Shown piece by piece: positions 63,549-64,000 of a DNA stretch of 64,000 bases. The notes under the pieces were generated by a model that had not been told where the DNA came from, ran no database searches, and saw only the letters and a program-made list of their open reading frames with translations. Within the stretch, counting starts at the first letter, position 1, and each line of letters opens with the position of its first letter. The position numbers were made by a program, and so were the translations under genes. Source of the stretch: Tubiluchus corallicola (lineage: Eukaryota; Animalia; Priapulida); the NCBI GenBank assembly GCA_030141605.1, contig JAQGDQ010000519.1, positions 92,611 through 156,610 of the forward strand, read 5' to 3'.

Positions 63549-64000
63549 AAAGGTTGTGAAAGTAGTGAAAAGTGCAAAACGATTAGGGTTGTTAACGTGG
63601 TGAAAAGTGCAAAACGATTAAAGGTTGTGAAAGTAGTGAAAAGTGCAAAACGATTAAAGGTTGTGAAAGTAGCGAAAAGTGCAAAACGATTAAAGGTTGT
63701 GAAAGTAGCGAAAAGTGCAAAACGATTAAAGGTTGTGAAAGTAGCGAAAAGTGCAAAACGATTAAAGGTTGTGAAAGTAGCGAAAAGTGCAAAACGATTA
63801 AAGGTTGTGAAAGTAGTGAAAAGTGCAAAACGATTATAGGAAATGAAAGTAGTGAAAAGTGCAAAACGATTAAAGGTTGTGAAAGTAGTGAAAAGTGCAA
63901 AACGATTAAAGGTTGTGAAAGTAGCGAAAAGTGCAAAACGATTAAAGGTTGTGAAAGTAGCGAAAAGTGCAAAACGATTAAAGGTTGTGAAAGTAGTGAA
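63549..64000. repeat. 36-bp minisatellite, more than 12 copies, runs off the window
   Basis: Unit gaaaagtgcaaaacgattaaaggttgtgaaagtagc. Confidence 0.95.

Overview
AT-rich, intron- and repeat-rich animal genomic DNA. It is a protostome because it carries hunchback, and probably a lophotrochozoan (inference from the 5S-like sequence and hunchback finger set). Five protein-coding genes can be reconstructed by hand. (1) The 5' six coding exons of a ZNF236-like C2H2 gene on the minus strand, continuing off the left edge. (2) A small stand-alone CBP/p300-type TAZ2 zinc-finger ORF nested antisense in a ZNF236 intron. (3) RAD17 with an uninterrupted CDS. (4) A five-exon minus-strand gene not visible as such in the ORF track, encoding a secreted signal peptide - dibasic site - EF-hand pair - 3x ShKT protein of 234 aa. 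(5) A single-exon hunchback CDS with 7 zinc fingers, preceded by about 26 kb with no recognisable gene. The rest is MITEs (hAT, piggyBac, Tc1/pogo, Harbinger), foldback inverted repeats, LINE fragments, a 5S-rRNA-headed RTE-type SINE, and mini/microsatellites. The strongest novelty candidates are the stand-alone TAZ2 protein, the EF-hand/ShKT secreted protein, and the 5S-RTE SINE with a possible relic HDV-like ribozyme. All homology calls come from recognised motifs, not database searches.
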